DNA of 64,000 nucleotides from Gammaproteobacteria bacterium (lineage in GTDB: Bacteria > Pseudomonadota > Gammaproteobacteria > Ga0077536), in assembly GCA_963662545.2 (NCBI GenBank), contig CAXXLL010000003.1:2848001-2912000 (forward strand), given 5' to 3'. Position 1 is the stretch's first letter. Each line of letters opens with the position of its first letter. Below the pieces are notes generated by a model. That model saw nothing but the letters and a program-made list of their open reading frames with translations, did no database searches and was not told where the DNA came from. Position numbers and translations under genes: made by a program. Below, piece after piece: positions 29,510-39,570 of this stretch.

Positions 29510-30843
29510 TAAATGTGAACACCGGCCCAGTCGCGTCGCAGCCAGAAGCCGGTAAACACGGCGGCCTGAAGCGCGCGGTAGAAGACGTTCAGTAACCAGA
29601 TTGCCGTGAGCCCATAACCGAGCACGGGTCCGATCAGGTAGGCGAGCGGCAGAAACAACAACCACTGGTTGGCGATCGCCACGACCATTACGCGCCGCGC
29701 GTAGCCCGCGCCGAGCAAGGAATTCTGCAGCACCATCGCGACCGCCTTGAAAATCGTGCTCATGCCGACCAATCTTACCGGCCACAGCGCAAGCGCCAGC
29801 GTTTCCGGTTCCAGCCGGTAGATGGACGCGATCACCTGTTCGGGGAAGAACACCATGGGCAGGCCGAGCAGGCCCATCATGACCATCGCCACCTTGACCA
29901 CGTCCCAACCCCATTGCGCGGCATCGTCCACCATTCCGCGGCCGAGTGCCTGGCCGACCAGGGTCGCGGCCGAAAGGCCTAGGCCCATGCCCGGGAGCAA
30001 GGCGATCAGCATGACGTTGATCAACACGCTGGCAGCAGCGACTTCGGCTGTGCCGACCTGGCCGATGATCCAGAACAGGGCTAGAAATCCCGCCGCGAAA
30101 AACATCTGCTGAATCCCTGCGGGCACAGCGATGCGGATCATGGCGCCGATATCTTTGCCGGTCGGCAGGCCGCGCAGGAAACCGTTTTCGCGCGCGTAAC
30201 GCAGGCCGAAAATGAAGTACAGCGTCGTACCGAAACCGAAAGCCGCCACCGAGGCGATCGCGGCACCGCGTACGCCGAGGGCAGGTGCACCGAAATGCCC
30301 GAAGATCAGGATGTAATTCAACACGATGTTGAGCGCGTGCATCGAGATCAGGGTCGTCATGTAAAGGCGTGTCATATCGACGGCGTTCCAGTACCCGCGA
30401 AACGCAAAGTTCATGGCAACGAACACGATCCCGAGCGCCCGGATCTGAAGATACGGAATCCCGAGCGCGAGCACGTCCGGGTCATTATTTACCAAGGAAT
30501 AGAAGTGTGGCACCGCGCCGATCAGCAATGCGGACAGCAGTGGCGCAATAAAAATTACGATAAGGAGCGCGACGTTCAGAAACAAAGCCGTTTCGGCCAC
30601 CCGACCTTGCCCCTTGCGCCGCGAAGCGGACGCCTGTACGCCAGTCGAAAGCCCGAGAATGACGGCCTGCGCCATGAACAGCATGAAGCCACCGTAGCCG
30701 ACCGCCGCGAGCGCCGCATTGCTGTCGTCGAGACGGCTTACCATGGCCGTGTCGACCAGGTTCAGAATGTTCTGGGAAATCATGCCGCCGATGAGCGGCA
30801 GCGCGAGCCCCAGGATACGATGGAACCGGTTTTTATCCAGCAA
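29509..30843 (-). CDS. MATE family efflux transporter
   Basis: LALP..G..N.VDTAMV, NIVLNYILIFG.FG.PALGV.GAA.A; about 12 TM segments. Confidence 0.92.
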   Translation of the reverse strand: MLDKNRFHRILGLALPLIGGMISQNILNLVDTAMVSRLDDSNAALAAVGYGGFMLFMAQAVILGLSTGVQASASRRKGQGRVAETALFLNVALLIVIFIAPLLSALLIGAVPHFYSLVNNDPDVLALGIPYLQIRALGIVFVAMNFAFRGYWNAVDMTRLYMTTLISMHALNIVLNYILIFGHFGAPALGVRGAAIASVAAFGFGTTLYFIFGLRYARENGFLRGLPTGKDIGAMIRIAVPAGIQQMFFAAGFLALFWIIGQVGTAEVAAASVLINVMLIALLPGMGLGLSAATLVGQALGRGMVDDAAQWGWDVVKVAMVMMGLLGLPMVFFPEQVIASIYRLEPETLALALWPVRLVGMSTIFKAVAMVLQNSLLGAGYARRVMVVAIANQWLLFLPLAYLIGPVLGYGLTAIWLLNVFYRALQAAVFTGFWLRRDWAGVHI

Positions 30844-31105
30844 CGCGGTGATGCTTTATCGGGATCGGAATGCAGATCTTCAAGGAGTCGTGGTCGCCGG
30901 CATCGGGCGATAGGCAGTGCAGGCATTCTACTTAAATTGCGCTTGTGAGTCCGAAATGCGCTTTCCGACCGGAGGGCGGCATTCGGTGGCCTGATGACTG
31001 CTTAGATTATGGTCTCTCCTTGTTAGGGCCGAGAATCTCCGACGAAAATTCTTCGTACTAAACTGGAAGAAAAGGAGCACACCTAAGCCGACGGAGCCCC
31101 AAGCC

Positions 31106-32173
31106 TTGTGTACGCTGCTGCTAGAGGCCGGCGACAGAGGTATGATTCAGCCTGAAAACCAAATGGTTGCAAAAATGAATAAATCATCTGCGCAATTGGC
31201 GGACTACCAGAGTAGTTCAGGTTTTTTCAATTACCTGGACGCCTCCGTGCGACCTTCGCTTTATCGAAACGGTGAGGTCCTCACCCGGCGCGACCCCGAC
31301 GGCAGCGATGGCAGTAGTGAAGGAGTGTCTCTTGAAGAACGGGAGATGACCGTCCACAACGCCCGTCGGTTAAAGGGGAAAGAACGCCGCACGATCAAAA
31401 CGAACGGATTCGAATGGCTCACGCGGCCGCTCGGCAATCGTGACCTCGATTTTTTCGATCAGGACCAGGTCGTGCGAGAGTACTACGGCCAATGTGCGCA
31501 AATAGTGCAAGAAGCAACCGGTGCACACGCTTTCGCCTTTGATCACAACGTGAGGTCGGCTTCAGGTAAGAAACGTCAGCGAAGGATTTCCGGCGGGCAG
31601 CAAGTGCAAGGTCCGGCCCACGTCGTGCACGGAGATTACACACTCTTTAGCGCGCCGCAGCGCCTGCGCGATCTCGCGAAGCCACCCAGCGGTAACGATA
31701 CGCTACGCTCGGTTCTCGACGAGGGGCAGTCACTCATTAGTCCGGACGTGGCCGAGCGTGTGCTCGATGACGGCGGCCGATATTCGATCATCAACGTGTG
31801 GCGCAACATCGCCGACGAACCCGTTGCCACCCATCCGGTTGCTCTATGCGACGGACAAACTGTGCAACCCCAAGACCTGGTGGTATTCGAGATTCACTAT
31901 CAGGATCGGGTGGGCGAGAATTATTTCGCCAAGCATTCACCACGACACCAGTGGTATTACTACCCGGATATGACCGGCGACGAGGCGCTTTTGATCAAGC
32001 AGTGGGACTCAGCAGGCAAGATGGCCCGGTCGCAAGGTGCCGAGGGCGATGCCAGCAACAGCAAGGCGCCCTGCACCTTTAGCTTCCACAGTGCGTTCGA
32101 AGATCCAGCGACACCACCCGATGCCGCCGATCGATGGAGCATTGAAGTACGCTGCGTGGTCCTCTACGACTGA
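31106..32173 (+). CDS. CmcJ/NvfI (AclN-like) family oxidoreductase
   Basis: FDHNVRS, VHGDYT, INVWR, P.ALCD, H.WYYYP.M..DEALL.K.WDS, HSAF.DP, R.SIE.R; start uncertain (31106-31175). Confidence 0.78.
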   Translation: MCTLLLEAGDRGMIQPENQMVAKMNKSSAQLADYQSSSGFFNYLDASVRPSLYRNGEVLTRRDPDGSDGSSEGVSLEEREMTVHNARRLKGKERRTIKTNGFEWLTRPLGNRDLDFFDQDQVVREYYGQCAQIVQEATGAHAFAFDHNVRSASGKKRQRRISGGQQVQGPAHVVHGDYTLFSAPQRLRDLAKPPSGNDTLRSVLDEGQSLISPDVAERVLDDGGRYSIINVWRNIADEPVATHPVALCDGQTVQPQDLVVFEIHYQDRVGENYFAKHSPRHQWYYYPDMTGDEALLIKQWDSAGKMARSQGAEGDASNSKAPCTFSFHSAFEDPATPPDAADRWSIEVRCVVLYD

Positions 32174-32234
32174 GTCGCGGTGCACACCCCTGGGGGAAAG
32201 GGGTTTCTTACAAAGGGGATTGCCCCCTTATTCG

Positions 32235-32615
32235 TTACTCGTCCCCGGTGAGGAGCTTATCCAGGCCCGCGAAGGGCTGGTGAGTCGCGCCGTCGGGGTC
32301 GCCCTTGCGCGACGAATCAACTGCGCCCTGTTGTTCTACCAAGCGCGCATGCTCGTTGTCGTGGCAGTATAGACACAGCAATTCCCAGTTACTGCCGTCG
32401 GGCGGATTATTGTCGTGATCGTGATCGCGGTGATGGACGGTCAACTCGTGCAGGTTTGCACGCGTGAATTCACGCGAACAACGCCCGCAGATCCACGGAT
32501 ACATCTTGAGCGCCTGCTCACGGTAGCCCTGGTCGCGCTGGTCTCGGTTACGTCGGGCTTCTGCGACGATCTGATCGAGCTTTTTCTCGTCGATATCGCG
32601 TGGTGAGGGAGGCAT
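32235..32615 (-). CDS. yajD: HNH nuclease YajD
   Basis: YREQALKMYPWICGRC..LTVHHRDHDHDNNPPDGSNWELLCLYCHDNEH. Confidence 0.92.
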   Translation of the reverse strand: MPPSPRDIDEKKLDQIVAEARRNRDQRDQGYREQALKMYPWICGRCSREFTRANLHELTVHHRDHDHDNNPPDGSNWELLCLYCHDNEHARLVEQQGAVDSSRKGDPDGATHQPFAGLDKLLTGDE

Positions 32616-32645
32616 CGATATAGCGCGGTGCGCGGCGCGCGGAGT

Positions 32646-33242
32646 TCAGGCGATGAGCCGCTCGAGTTCGGAGAAGCTCTGCGCGAGTCCGTCGCTGACG
32701 TTGATGTCTTCGCCCAACTGGCGACCGATCTGCGTCGCGGAAAATATTCCGCAGGCATGGAAGGCGCCATTTTCGGCGCCAGCTTCGACGACGAGCGCGT
32801 GTTGTTTGTGCGACTCGATCAAGTGCATCACGATGTCGCTGACCGAGGCATGCTCAACGTCGCTTATACTGAGCGGACGGACGTCGCCGCTGCGCGTCAT
32901 AATCTGCTGAACGGTGACGGCGTCGCGGTGTATGCGGTCGTCATTGGCCACACGCAGTGGCTTTTCGCCCATCACGTCCTGCGCCGATACCAGGCCGACG
33001 ATCACACCTGCTTTGTCGATGGCGATCAACAGCCGTACTTTCGCATTGATCATGACCATTAGTGCCGCGTTGAGCGGCGTCTCCGGATTGATCGTGATGA
33101 CACGCACCTTTCTCAGATCCGTCATTACGGCAAGGGCCGGGGATGCCGCGGTCACCTTGTCCGCCCGCACACGGGGTGGCTGAAGAATTCGGGCGTCGCT
33201 CGGGAGTTCGAGCGGTTTCAAGGTATGCATGAAAGTCGTCAT
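32646..33242 (-). CDS. CBS-domain protein
   Basis: SPALAVMTD, VRLL..GLVSAQD, TVQQIMT, HALVVE..GIFS..QI. Confidence 0.85.
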   Translation of the reverse strand: MTTFMHTLKPLELPSDARILQPPRVRADKVTAASPALAVMTDLRKVRVITINPETPLNAALMVMINAKVRLLIAIDKAGVIVGLVSAQDVMGEKPLRVANDDRIHRDAVTVQQIMTRSGDVRPLSISDVEHASVSDIVMHLIESHKQHALVVEAGAENGAFHACGIFSATQIGRQLGEDINVSDGLAQSFSELERLIA

Positions 33243-33322
33243 GGCGCCCTCCTTTCCTGAACGTAATTATCCCCTTAACACGTCATCACTCATGCCCTAA
33301 TATAGGGGCATAGGAGAAGGCG

Positions 33323-34189
33323 ATGACGACATTCTACGAATTTCAAAAGCAGTTCCCGGACGATGAGGCGTGCTTGCATCACATGATGACCGCGCGCTAC
33401 GGCGGTACAGAGTTCGACTGCCCGAAGTGCGGGCAGCACAGCAAGTTCTATCGCCTGAAACGCGACCGAGCCTATCTGTGCCAGCACTGCAAGCATCATA
33501 TCTACCCCTGCGCCGGAACGCTCATGCACCGCAGTCGCACCCCGCTCCATAAGTGGTTTTATGCGATGCACTTGTTCTCTGTCTCTCGTCACGGGGTGGC
33601 AGCGAAGGAATTGGAGCGTCAGCTTGGTGTGACTTACAAGTGTGCGTGGCGCATGGCGCACCAGATCCGCAAGTATATGGCCGATACGGACGGCGAGTGG
33701 CCGTTGGGCGGACCTGGAGGCGGCGATATTGAGGCGGATGAGACGTATGTGGGCGGTAAGAGATCTGGCGGCAAACGCGGACGCGGCGCTCCCGGTAAAA
33801 CTGTTGTGTTCGGTATGCTTGAACGTGGCGGCGATGTGATGACGAAGGTCGTTCCGAACGTGCGTAAAAAGACCCTTCAGCCCATCATCAAGGCGAACGT
33901 CAAAGCGGGCAGCACGGTTCATACCGACGAACTGAAGTCCTATAGCGGGCTGTCTCGGGCCGGATACGAGCATGAGACGGTTAATCACGGCGCGGGTGAA
34001 TATGTGAGCGGTGCGTGCCACGTCAACGGCATGGAAGGCTACTGGGCACGCCTCAAGCTTTCGATCCGCGGGACGCACGTCCACGTTTCCGGGAAGCACC
34101 TTCAGAAATACGCGAAGGAGTTTGAGTACCGCTATAACCGCCGGAATCGGCCTGACGCGATTTTCGGTGATCTGGTGGCAAACCTCTGA
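33323..34189 (+). CDS. IS1595-family transposase
   Basis: Zn ribbon CPKC..CQHC, HTH, EADETYVGG, HTDE..Y, HETVNH, N.MEGYW..LK, EFEYRYN. Confidence 0.94.
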   Translation: MTTFYEFQKQFPDDEACLHHMMTARYGGTEFDCPKCGQHSKFYRLKRDRAYLCQHCKHHIYPCAGTLMHRSRTPLHKWFYAMHLFSVSRHGVAAKELERQLGVTYKCAWRMAHQIRKYMADTDGEWPLGGPGGGDIEADETYVGGKRSGGKRGRGAPGKTVVFGMLERGGDVMTKVVPNVRKKTLQPIIKANVKAGSTVHTDELKSYSGLSRAGYEHETVNHGAGEYVSGACHVNGMEGYWARLKLSIRGTHVHVSGKHLQKYAKEFEYRYNRRNRPDAIFGDLVANL

Positions 34190-34280
34190 CCGCGGCATCA
34201 AGCAACACCTCGAAGCGTTGGGCTGCGTAGGGGTGCGGGTCTTCAACATCTCGCGGATTCATAGGCTTGTATACGCTCAT
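34053..34280 (-). CDS. Small IS-borne hypothetical protein, antisense to the transposase 3' end
   Basis: 75-aa ORF with GGAGG Shine-Dalgarno shortly before the ATG; overlaps the transposase by 137 nt. Confidence 0.4.
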   Translation of the reverse strand: MSVYKPMNPRDVEDPHPYAAQRFEVLLDAAVRGLPPDHRKSRQADSGGYSGTQTPSRISEGASRKRGRASRGSKA

Positions 34281-34308
34281 ATCGCCTCCAGAAATGGTAT
34301 GTAATTAC

Positions 34309-35034
34309 TCAAGAAAATTCTTCTTCTAACGTTTCAAGCGCATCAAATATTTGGCCCGGCACATGATCATTTGCATTTGCAAAGCCTTCTTCCAACGCGT
34401 CTTCCGCCAAATCCCACAACGAATCTACTTCATCCGGGTTGTTACTTGGCAGGTGGAGCTTTCCTGACAGGCGGCGCTTCTTTAAAGCTTGCGCCGCGAA
34501 AACATCCATTTCAGATGTTCTGTGCTGGGCATTTTTAAAATCCTTGTAAAATGCTTCAATTTCTTCTGTTGTCGAGGCATTCATAATGGCCCGGACAACT
34601 CGCCAGCCGTTGCCGGGATTTTTTCGCGCGACTCTTTTATCGGCCCATATTTGCCAGAATCTTCGAATGCGAAACCAGATGGACGGAGGTTTAGCGGTTC
34701 CTGTCGCGGGCAGCGTCGTGATGTGAGCCACTATTGGCTGTGCTTTGCCAGTACTACGTAGCTTCTGTTGGCGAATGCTAAATTCACAAACAATCCCTAA
34801 TAGGAGGACGAGCCCGATAATGGTCCACCAATACCAAGGCAAAAAGCCGCCAGTCATGATTGCCACGTCGTAGACAGTGGGCAATTTATCCGCCAATTCC
34901 TTCGATAAAAATTGAGCGCCAAAGAGGTCCCAACCAGAGGCAAGGAAGTATAACCACAGGACGACTTTTGCTGCCGGACGACCAAGCGCAAGACGGCGCC
35001 ACCGATCTTCAAACCATTGGCGCGGCTGCAGCAT
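34309..35034 (-). CDS. IS passenger, hypothetical membrane protein
   Basis: 241-aa ORF with two hydrophobic segments, visibly lower GC than the flanks, inside the IS ends. Confidence 0.65.
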   Translation of the reverse strand: MLQPRQWFEDRWRRLALGRPAAKVVLWLYFLASGWDLFGAQFLSKELADKLPTVYDVAIMTGGFLPWYWWTIIGLVLLLGIVCEFSIRQQKLRSTGKAQPIVAHITTLPATGTAKPPSIWFRIRRFWQIWADKRVARKNPGNGWRVVRAIMNASTTEEIEAFYKDFKNAQHRTSEMDVFAAQALKKRRLSGKLHLPSNNPDEVDSLWDLAEDALEEGFANANDHVPGQIFDALETLEEEFS

Positions 35035-35243
35035 CCATACAGCATGCCCGTTAGGTTATGACGTGTCAATCACGTTCCTGAATGGTATGGCCGGGAGGTG
35101 TTGTAATCCAAGTGTAGACGCAAATAATGTGTCACGGACCGCCGAGCAACTGCCGTCCATTTATTTTCATGCCCAATCATGGGCAGACAAACCTATGATT
35201 ATCCAAATGTTTTACAGTTCCTGATCGTGAAAGCGAGGATTAA

Positions 35244-36680
35244 ATGAGCAACAGTGACGGCGCTTTGGGGGATCTCGACGCCACGGCGCTGGCCGCACTC
35301 GTTCGCAAGCGGGAGGTCAGCGCGCTCGAACTCGTTGACGACGCCATCCGCCGCTGCGCGCAGGTCAACGATACGCTCAACGCCGTGGTTACCGACATGT
35401 TCGACCGCGCGCGCGCAGAGGCGCGTGCGCCCCTGGGTGATGGACCGTTCGCGGGTGTTCCATTCCTGATGAAGGATTTCGGCGCCGAAGTTGCGGGCGT
35501 CCGGTTCACCGAGGGCAGTGCCTTTCTCGAGAACTATATCCCGGACGTCGACGCCGAACTCTACAAGCGTTTCCGGCGCGCCGGCCTCATCACCATCGGC
35601 AAGACCAACCTGCCCGAGTTGGCCATCGGCGTGACGACGGAATCGAAGTTTCTGGGCCCAGCGTGCAACCCCTGGGATCCGACGCGCACGACCGGCGGCT
35701 CCAGCGGCGGTGCCGGCGCGGCGGTGGCGGCCCGTATCGTACCGATGGCGCACGGCAACGACGTCGGCGGATCAATTCGCATCCCGGCCTCCTGCTGCGG
35801 GCTGGTCGGTCTCAAACCGACGCGTGGACGCACCACGCTTGCACCGCATTACGGCGATCTTCTCGCCGGCTATTTCGTCGAACATGCATTGACTCGAAGT
35901 GTGCGCGATTCGGCCATGCTGCTGGATGCAACACACGGGCCGGCCGTCGGCGATCCCTACGTGGCGCCGCCGCCGGCACGTCCATACGCCGAGGAGGTGG
36001 GGGCCGATCCGGGGTGCCTGAAGATCGGCTTTTCAACTGCAACGCCGCTTGGCGACGCGCTCGATCCGGAATGCGTCAAAGCCGTCCGCGAAACGGCGGC
36101 CTTGTGCGAATCGCTCGGCCACGAAGTCATCGAGGCGCGTCCGAGCTTCGACGCGATGGCCTTGTGGACCCAATTCACGACGCTTCTTGCTTGTGCTGTG
36201 GCTTGGGCGGTGGCGGACTGGGCGCGCCGCATCGATCGCGAGCCGGCGCCCGAGCATTTCGATCCCTTTGTGTGGGCCTTCTCCGAGCGTGGCCGCGCAC
36301 TGAGCGCGGCCGACTACCTGCTCGCCATGCAGGACGTACAAGTGCAGGTGCGTGCATTCTGCGAATTTTTCGAAGACTTCGATTTGTCCTTGACGACGAC
36401 GCTGGGTGCGCCGCCGGTGCCGCTCGGCACCCTGGTCTACGACGGCGATCCCTTAGAATTCAGGCGGCGCAGCGCGCGCTTCTCGCCCTTTACCTACATC
36501 ACCAACGCAACCGGGCAGCCGGCGATATCGTTGCCGCTGCACTGGACGCCAGAGGACCTGCCTGTCGGCCTGCATTTCGTCGGGCGGTATGGCGACGAGG
36601 GGACGCTCATCCGCCTCGCGGCGCAACTCGAATCCGCCAAGCCGTGGAACGACCGGCGGCCGCAGGTGTGCGCGGTGTAG
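35244..36680 (+). CDS. Amidase signature family protein
   Basis: [37 protein letters not shown]. Confidence 0.94.
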   Translation: MSNSDGALGDLDATALAALVRKREVSALELVDDAIRRCAQVNDTLNAVVTDMFDRARAEARAPLGDGPFAGVPFLMKDFGAEVAGVRFTEGSAFLENYIPDVDAELYKRFRRAGLITIGKTNLPELAIGVTTESKFLGPACNPWDPTRTTGGSSGGAGAAVAARIVPMAHGNDVGGSIRIPASCCGLVGLKPTRGRTTLAPHYGDLLAGYFVEHALTRSVRDSAMLLDATHGPAVGDPYVAPPPARPYAEEVGADPGCLKIGFSTATPLGDALDPECVKAVRETAALCESLGHEVIEARPSFDAMALWTQFTTLLACAVAWAVADWARRIDREPAPEHFDPFVWAFSERGRALSAADYLLAMQDVQVQVRAFCEFFEDFDLSLTTTLGAPPVPLGTLVYDGDPLEFRRRSARFSPFTYITNATGQPAISLPLHWTPEDLPVGLHFVGRYGDEGTLIRLAAQLESAKPWNDRRPQVCAV

Positions 36681-36707
36681 CAAACCTTTGTGGACGATAG
36701 GCTCGTC

Positions 36708-38003
36708 CTAGTCTGGATCGTCGGCTCGCGCGAGATCCGCTTCGAGGTATTTGCCGCCTGCGTAGAAATGAAACGCGGTCCAAAGGCCCATCCCACCGAA
36801 TATGAAGAGACTCCAGCGCAGTGAATCCGGTCCGAAGCGTGGCGCGAGGAAGTCGCTTAACGCGCCTACCGCCCACGGCCCCGCGCCGAGGCCGATGATG
36901 TTGATGATGAACAAGAGGATCGCCGCGGCCACGCCACGCATGCGCAGCTGAACGAGGCTCTGGACCTGGGCGAAGGTCGTTGCTTGCCAGAAATTGGATA
37001 ACAGGATCGGAATCGAAAACAGGATGAGTGCCCAGTACGGATTATCCAGCAGGTAGACGACCGCGCCGAAGGGTAAGGCGATCAGCGCCGCTAGCGAAGC
37101 CGTCCACAAGTACCAGCGCGTGTCATTCGCGCCGAACTTGTCGGCCACGTACCCGCCGAGAAAGATACCCGCACCGCCGGGGATCCCCAAGATTAGACCG
37201 AGCCAGAGACCGATTTCGCCGGTCTTCATCTCGTGCGAACGGATCAGAAAAGTCGGAAACCAGCTGATCACGCCGTAGCCGACGAAGGCAGCCAGGGCGC
37301 CGGCGAAAGAGATGTGCAGGAACGAACGCCGTTTCGCAAGGAAACGAAAGGTTTCGAGGATGTTGGGACGATGATCGTCCGCGACGCGATTCTCCGATTG
37401 ACCGCGAACCGGTTCGGGCATTGTGAACCTGACTACGAGTGCCAGCACCATGCCCGGCAGCCCCACCACGAAGAAGGCCTGCCGCCAGCCGAAGGCTTCA
37501 TTGATCCAGCCGCCGGCAAAGAGGCCGAACATGATGCCGAAAGGAATGCCGAGCGAGTAAATGCCTAGCGCGGTGGCGCGCTCGTTCGGCGAATAGTAAT
37601 CAGAGATCAGTGAGTGCGCCGGCGGACTGCATCCGGCTTCGCCAATCCCAACCCCGATCCGCGCCAGGGCGAGCTGGGTGAAATTCTGCGCACACCCCGA
37701 CAAAGCGGTCATCGCGCTCCACAACACGAGGGCCAAGCTGATCAGGTTACGTCGGTTTCCCCGGTCGGCCCACAGCGCGATCGGAATGCCCAGCACCACG
37801 TAGAAAACGGCAAAAGCGAACCCTACAAGGAAACCCAGTGCCTGGTCGGACAATCCCAAATCGAGTTTTATCGACTCGAGCAGGATCGACAGGATCTGGC
37901 GGTCTATGAAGTTGAAGGTGTAGACGACGACCAGCACGGTCAGGACATAGCGCCGAACCTTGATGCCGGAATCGGGTAATGCATCGCTCGTGACCTGATT
38001 CAT
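36708..38003 (-). CDS. MFS transporter (spinster-like)
   Basis: NFIDRQ, ADRGNRR, ARIGVGIGEAG..P; 12 TM segments. Confidence 0.92.
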   Translation of the reverse strand: MNQVTSDALPDSGIKVRRYVLTVLVVVYTFNFIDRQILSILLESIKLDLGLSDQALGFLVGFAFAVFYVVLGIPIALWADRGNRRNLISLALVLWSAMTALSGCAQNFTQLALARIGVGIGEAGCSPPAHSLISDYYSPNERATALGIYSLGIPFGIMFGLFAGGWINEAFGWRQAFFVVGLPGMVLALVVRFTMPEPVRGQSENRVADDHRPNILETFRFLAKRRSFLHISFAGALAAFVGYGVISWFPTFLIRSHEMKTGEIGLWLGLILGIPGGAGIFLGGYVADKFGANDTRWYLWTASLAALIALPFGAVVYLLDNPYWALILFSIPILLSNFWQATTFAQVQSLVQLRMRGVAAAILLFIINIIGLGAGPWAVGALSDFLAPRFGPDSLRWSLFIFGGMGLWTAFHFYAGGKYLEADLARADDPD

Positions 38004-38038
38004 AGTTCATCCTTTACGGACCCTGAATATCCAGATGA

Positions 38039-38833
38039 TTAGGGTAAAGCCGCACCGTGCGCGCGTTCCAGGGCCAGCTTCTTCTGATATCCGGATTGAA
38101 TGATATCGACCGCAACGAGGACGGCGATGGCGAAGTAGAACGTCGTTTTGGACATCGGTTCCACGGCGTAGCCGAAAAATTTCAAGTGGGCTTGGTGACC
38201 GCCTTCACCTAGCAACACGATACCGACGATGAGCAGGATGAACAGCCCCAGGACTTCGTACTTGCGGTTCTTCATGAGGAACTCCGATACGTGATCGGCC
38301 AGCAATAGCATCGCGATCCCCGAAGCGAAGATCGCGATGGCGAGAACGAGAAATACCTCGGTGATAGCGAGCGCCGATAAGATCGAATCGAAACTGAAGA
38401 TAAGATTCATGAATATGATCAGTGCCGCGACCGACACGGCCGATTTGGACGCGCTATTTTCACCCTCTTTTTCCAGATGCTCGATGGAGAGCATGTGCGA
38501 GATTTCCTTCACCGCGGTATACATAATGAACACACCGCCTACGAGAAACACGAGCGTGGCGAAATTGAAACTGCCCTCGATCACACCTTTCACATCGAGG
38601 TGGAAAAAGGGATCGGTCAGAGTACCGATCAGCTTGATCATCACGAACAGTAACAGGATGCGGAGCGCAATGGCGATCAGTATGCCCCAGCGCCGGACCG
38701 CAGCCTGGTATTGTTCCGGCGCCCGTTTCGATTCGATGGAAATATAGAGCAGGTTGTCGAACCCAAGAACGGCTTGCAGGAAGATCAGGACGCCCAGATT
38801 AGCCAGGTTTTCGATCGTGAACAGTTCGGTCAT
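38039..38833 (-). CDS. TerC family membrane protein
   Basis: VLGFDNLLYISI, LIFSFDSIL. Confidence 0.88.
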   Translation of the reverse strand: MTELFTIENLANLGVLIFLQAVLGFDNLLYISIESKRAPEQYQAAVRRWGILIAIALRILLLFVMIKLIGTLTDPFFHLDVKGVIEGSFNFATLVFLVGGVFIMYTAVKEISHMLSIEHLEKEGENSASKSAVSVAALIIFMNLIFSFDSILSALAITEVFLVLAIAIFASGIAMLLLADHVSEFLMKNRKYEVLGLFILLIVGIVLLGEGGHQAHLKFFGYAVEPMSKTTFYFAIAVLVAVDIIQSGYQKKLALERAHGAALP

Positions 38834-39020
38834 GGCGAATCGTCTCCGTGTTTAACGTGGCAGGGAATGAGCGGCCGTCATGTCGGGTGCCGCAACGGAA
38901 AAGTGGCTATAGCGCCTTCCTGCACGGTGTGGTGCGCCGCCCGTCGGAGGGGCGCCGCCGGTATGGTTCTCGAAAAATGAAGGTCCACCGCCACCACGGG
39001 ATGGTGCGCCGGTCGGTTGA

Positions 39021-39380
39021 CTAAAACGGCACGTCGTCGTCGAACAACGGCGGTTCCTCAGGTGGAGGGGGTTCGTCGCCAGCAGAACTCGGCGCACCGA
39101 TGCGTGCGATGGTCCGAACGTCGAGACCGTTGAAATACTTCACGTCGCCGTTGGGGCTGTTCCACTCGCGGCCGCGTAGATTGAATTCGACGCGCACGTC
39201 CTCGTCGACCTTGAATCCTTCGATGTCCCCGCAACGGTCCCCGGTCAGCTCGAACAGAACGAATTGCGGATAATTGGGATTTTCGGCGAGTTCGAGCACG
39301 AACTCCCGTTTCTGAAATCGTTCGGTGATCTGCTTGGTCTCGAAGATGGCGTGGAGCCGGCCGCTGGCTTGAATTCCCAT
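39021..39380 (-). CDS. DUF3127 OB-fold protein with SSB-like acidic tail
   Basis: FQKREFVLE..YPQ..FEL, V.FNLRGREW..KYFN; C-terminus LFDDDVPF. Confidence 0.85.
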   Translation of the reverse strand: MGIQASGRLHAIFETKQITERFQKREFVLELAENPNYPQFVLFELTGDRCGDIEGFKVDEDVRVEFNLRGREWNSPNGDVKYFNGLDVRTIARIGAPSSAGDEPPPPEEPPLFDDDVPF

Positions 39381-39570
39381 GAGCCGCAGCATAGTAGGAT
39401 TGGGCTGGAAAGCAAAATGTGATCACCCGGCGGCAGAGCCCGTGACGGTTCGGGTTGAATCGGCGCGGCCACGGCGATCCGGATAAAGCAATGCCCGCTT
39501 CTATAGAGGCAGTCCGAACGAACGATGGGATTACAATGAGTTCACCTTGGTCTAACGAATCGGATTCGAT

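Larger units (their letters stand above)
33262..35074 (+). mobile_element. IS1595-family insertion sequence with passenger ORFs (1813 bp)
   Basis: 8-bp direct repeats TTCCTGAA at 33254-33261 and 35075-35082; left end CGTAATTATCCCCTTAACACGTCAT; right end (reverse complement) CGTGATTGACACGTCAT. Confidence 0.85.
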
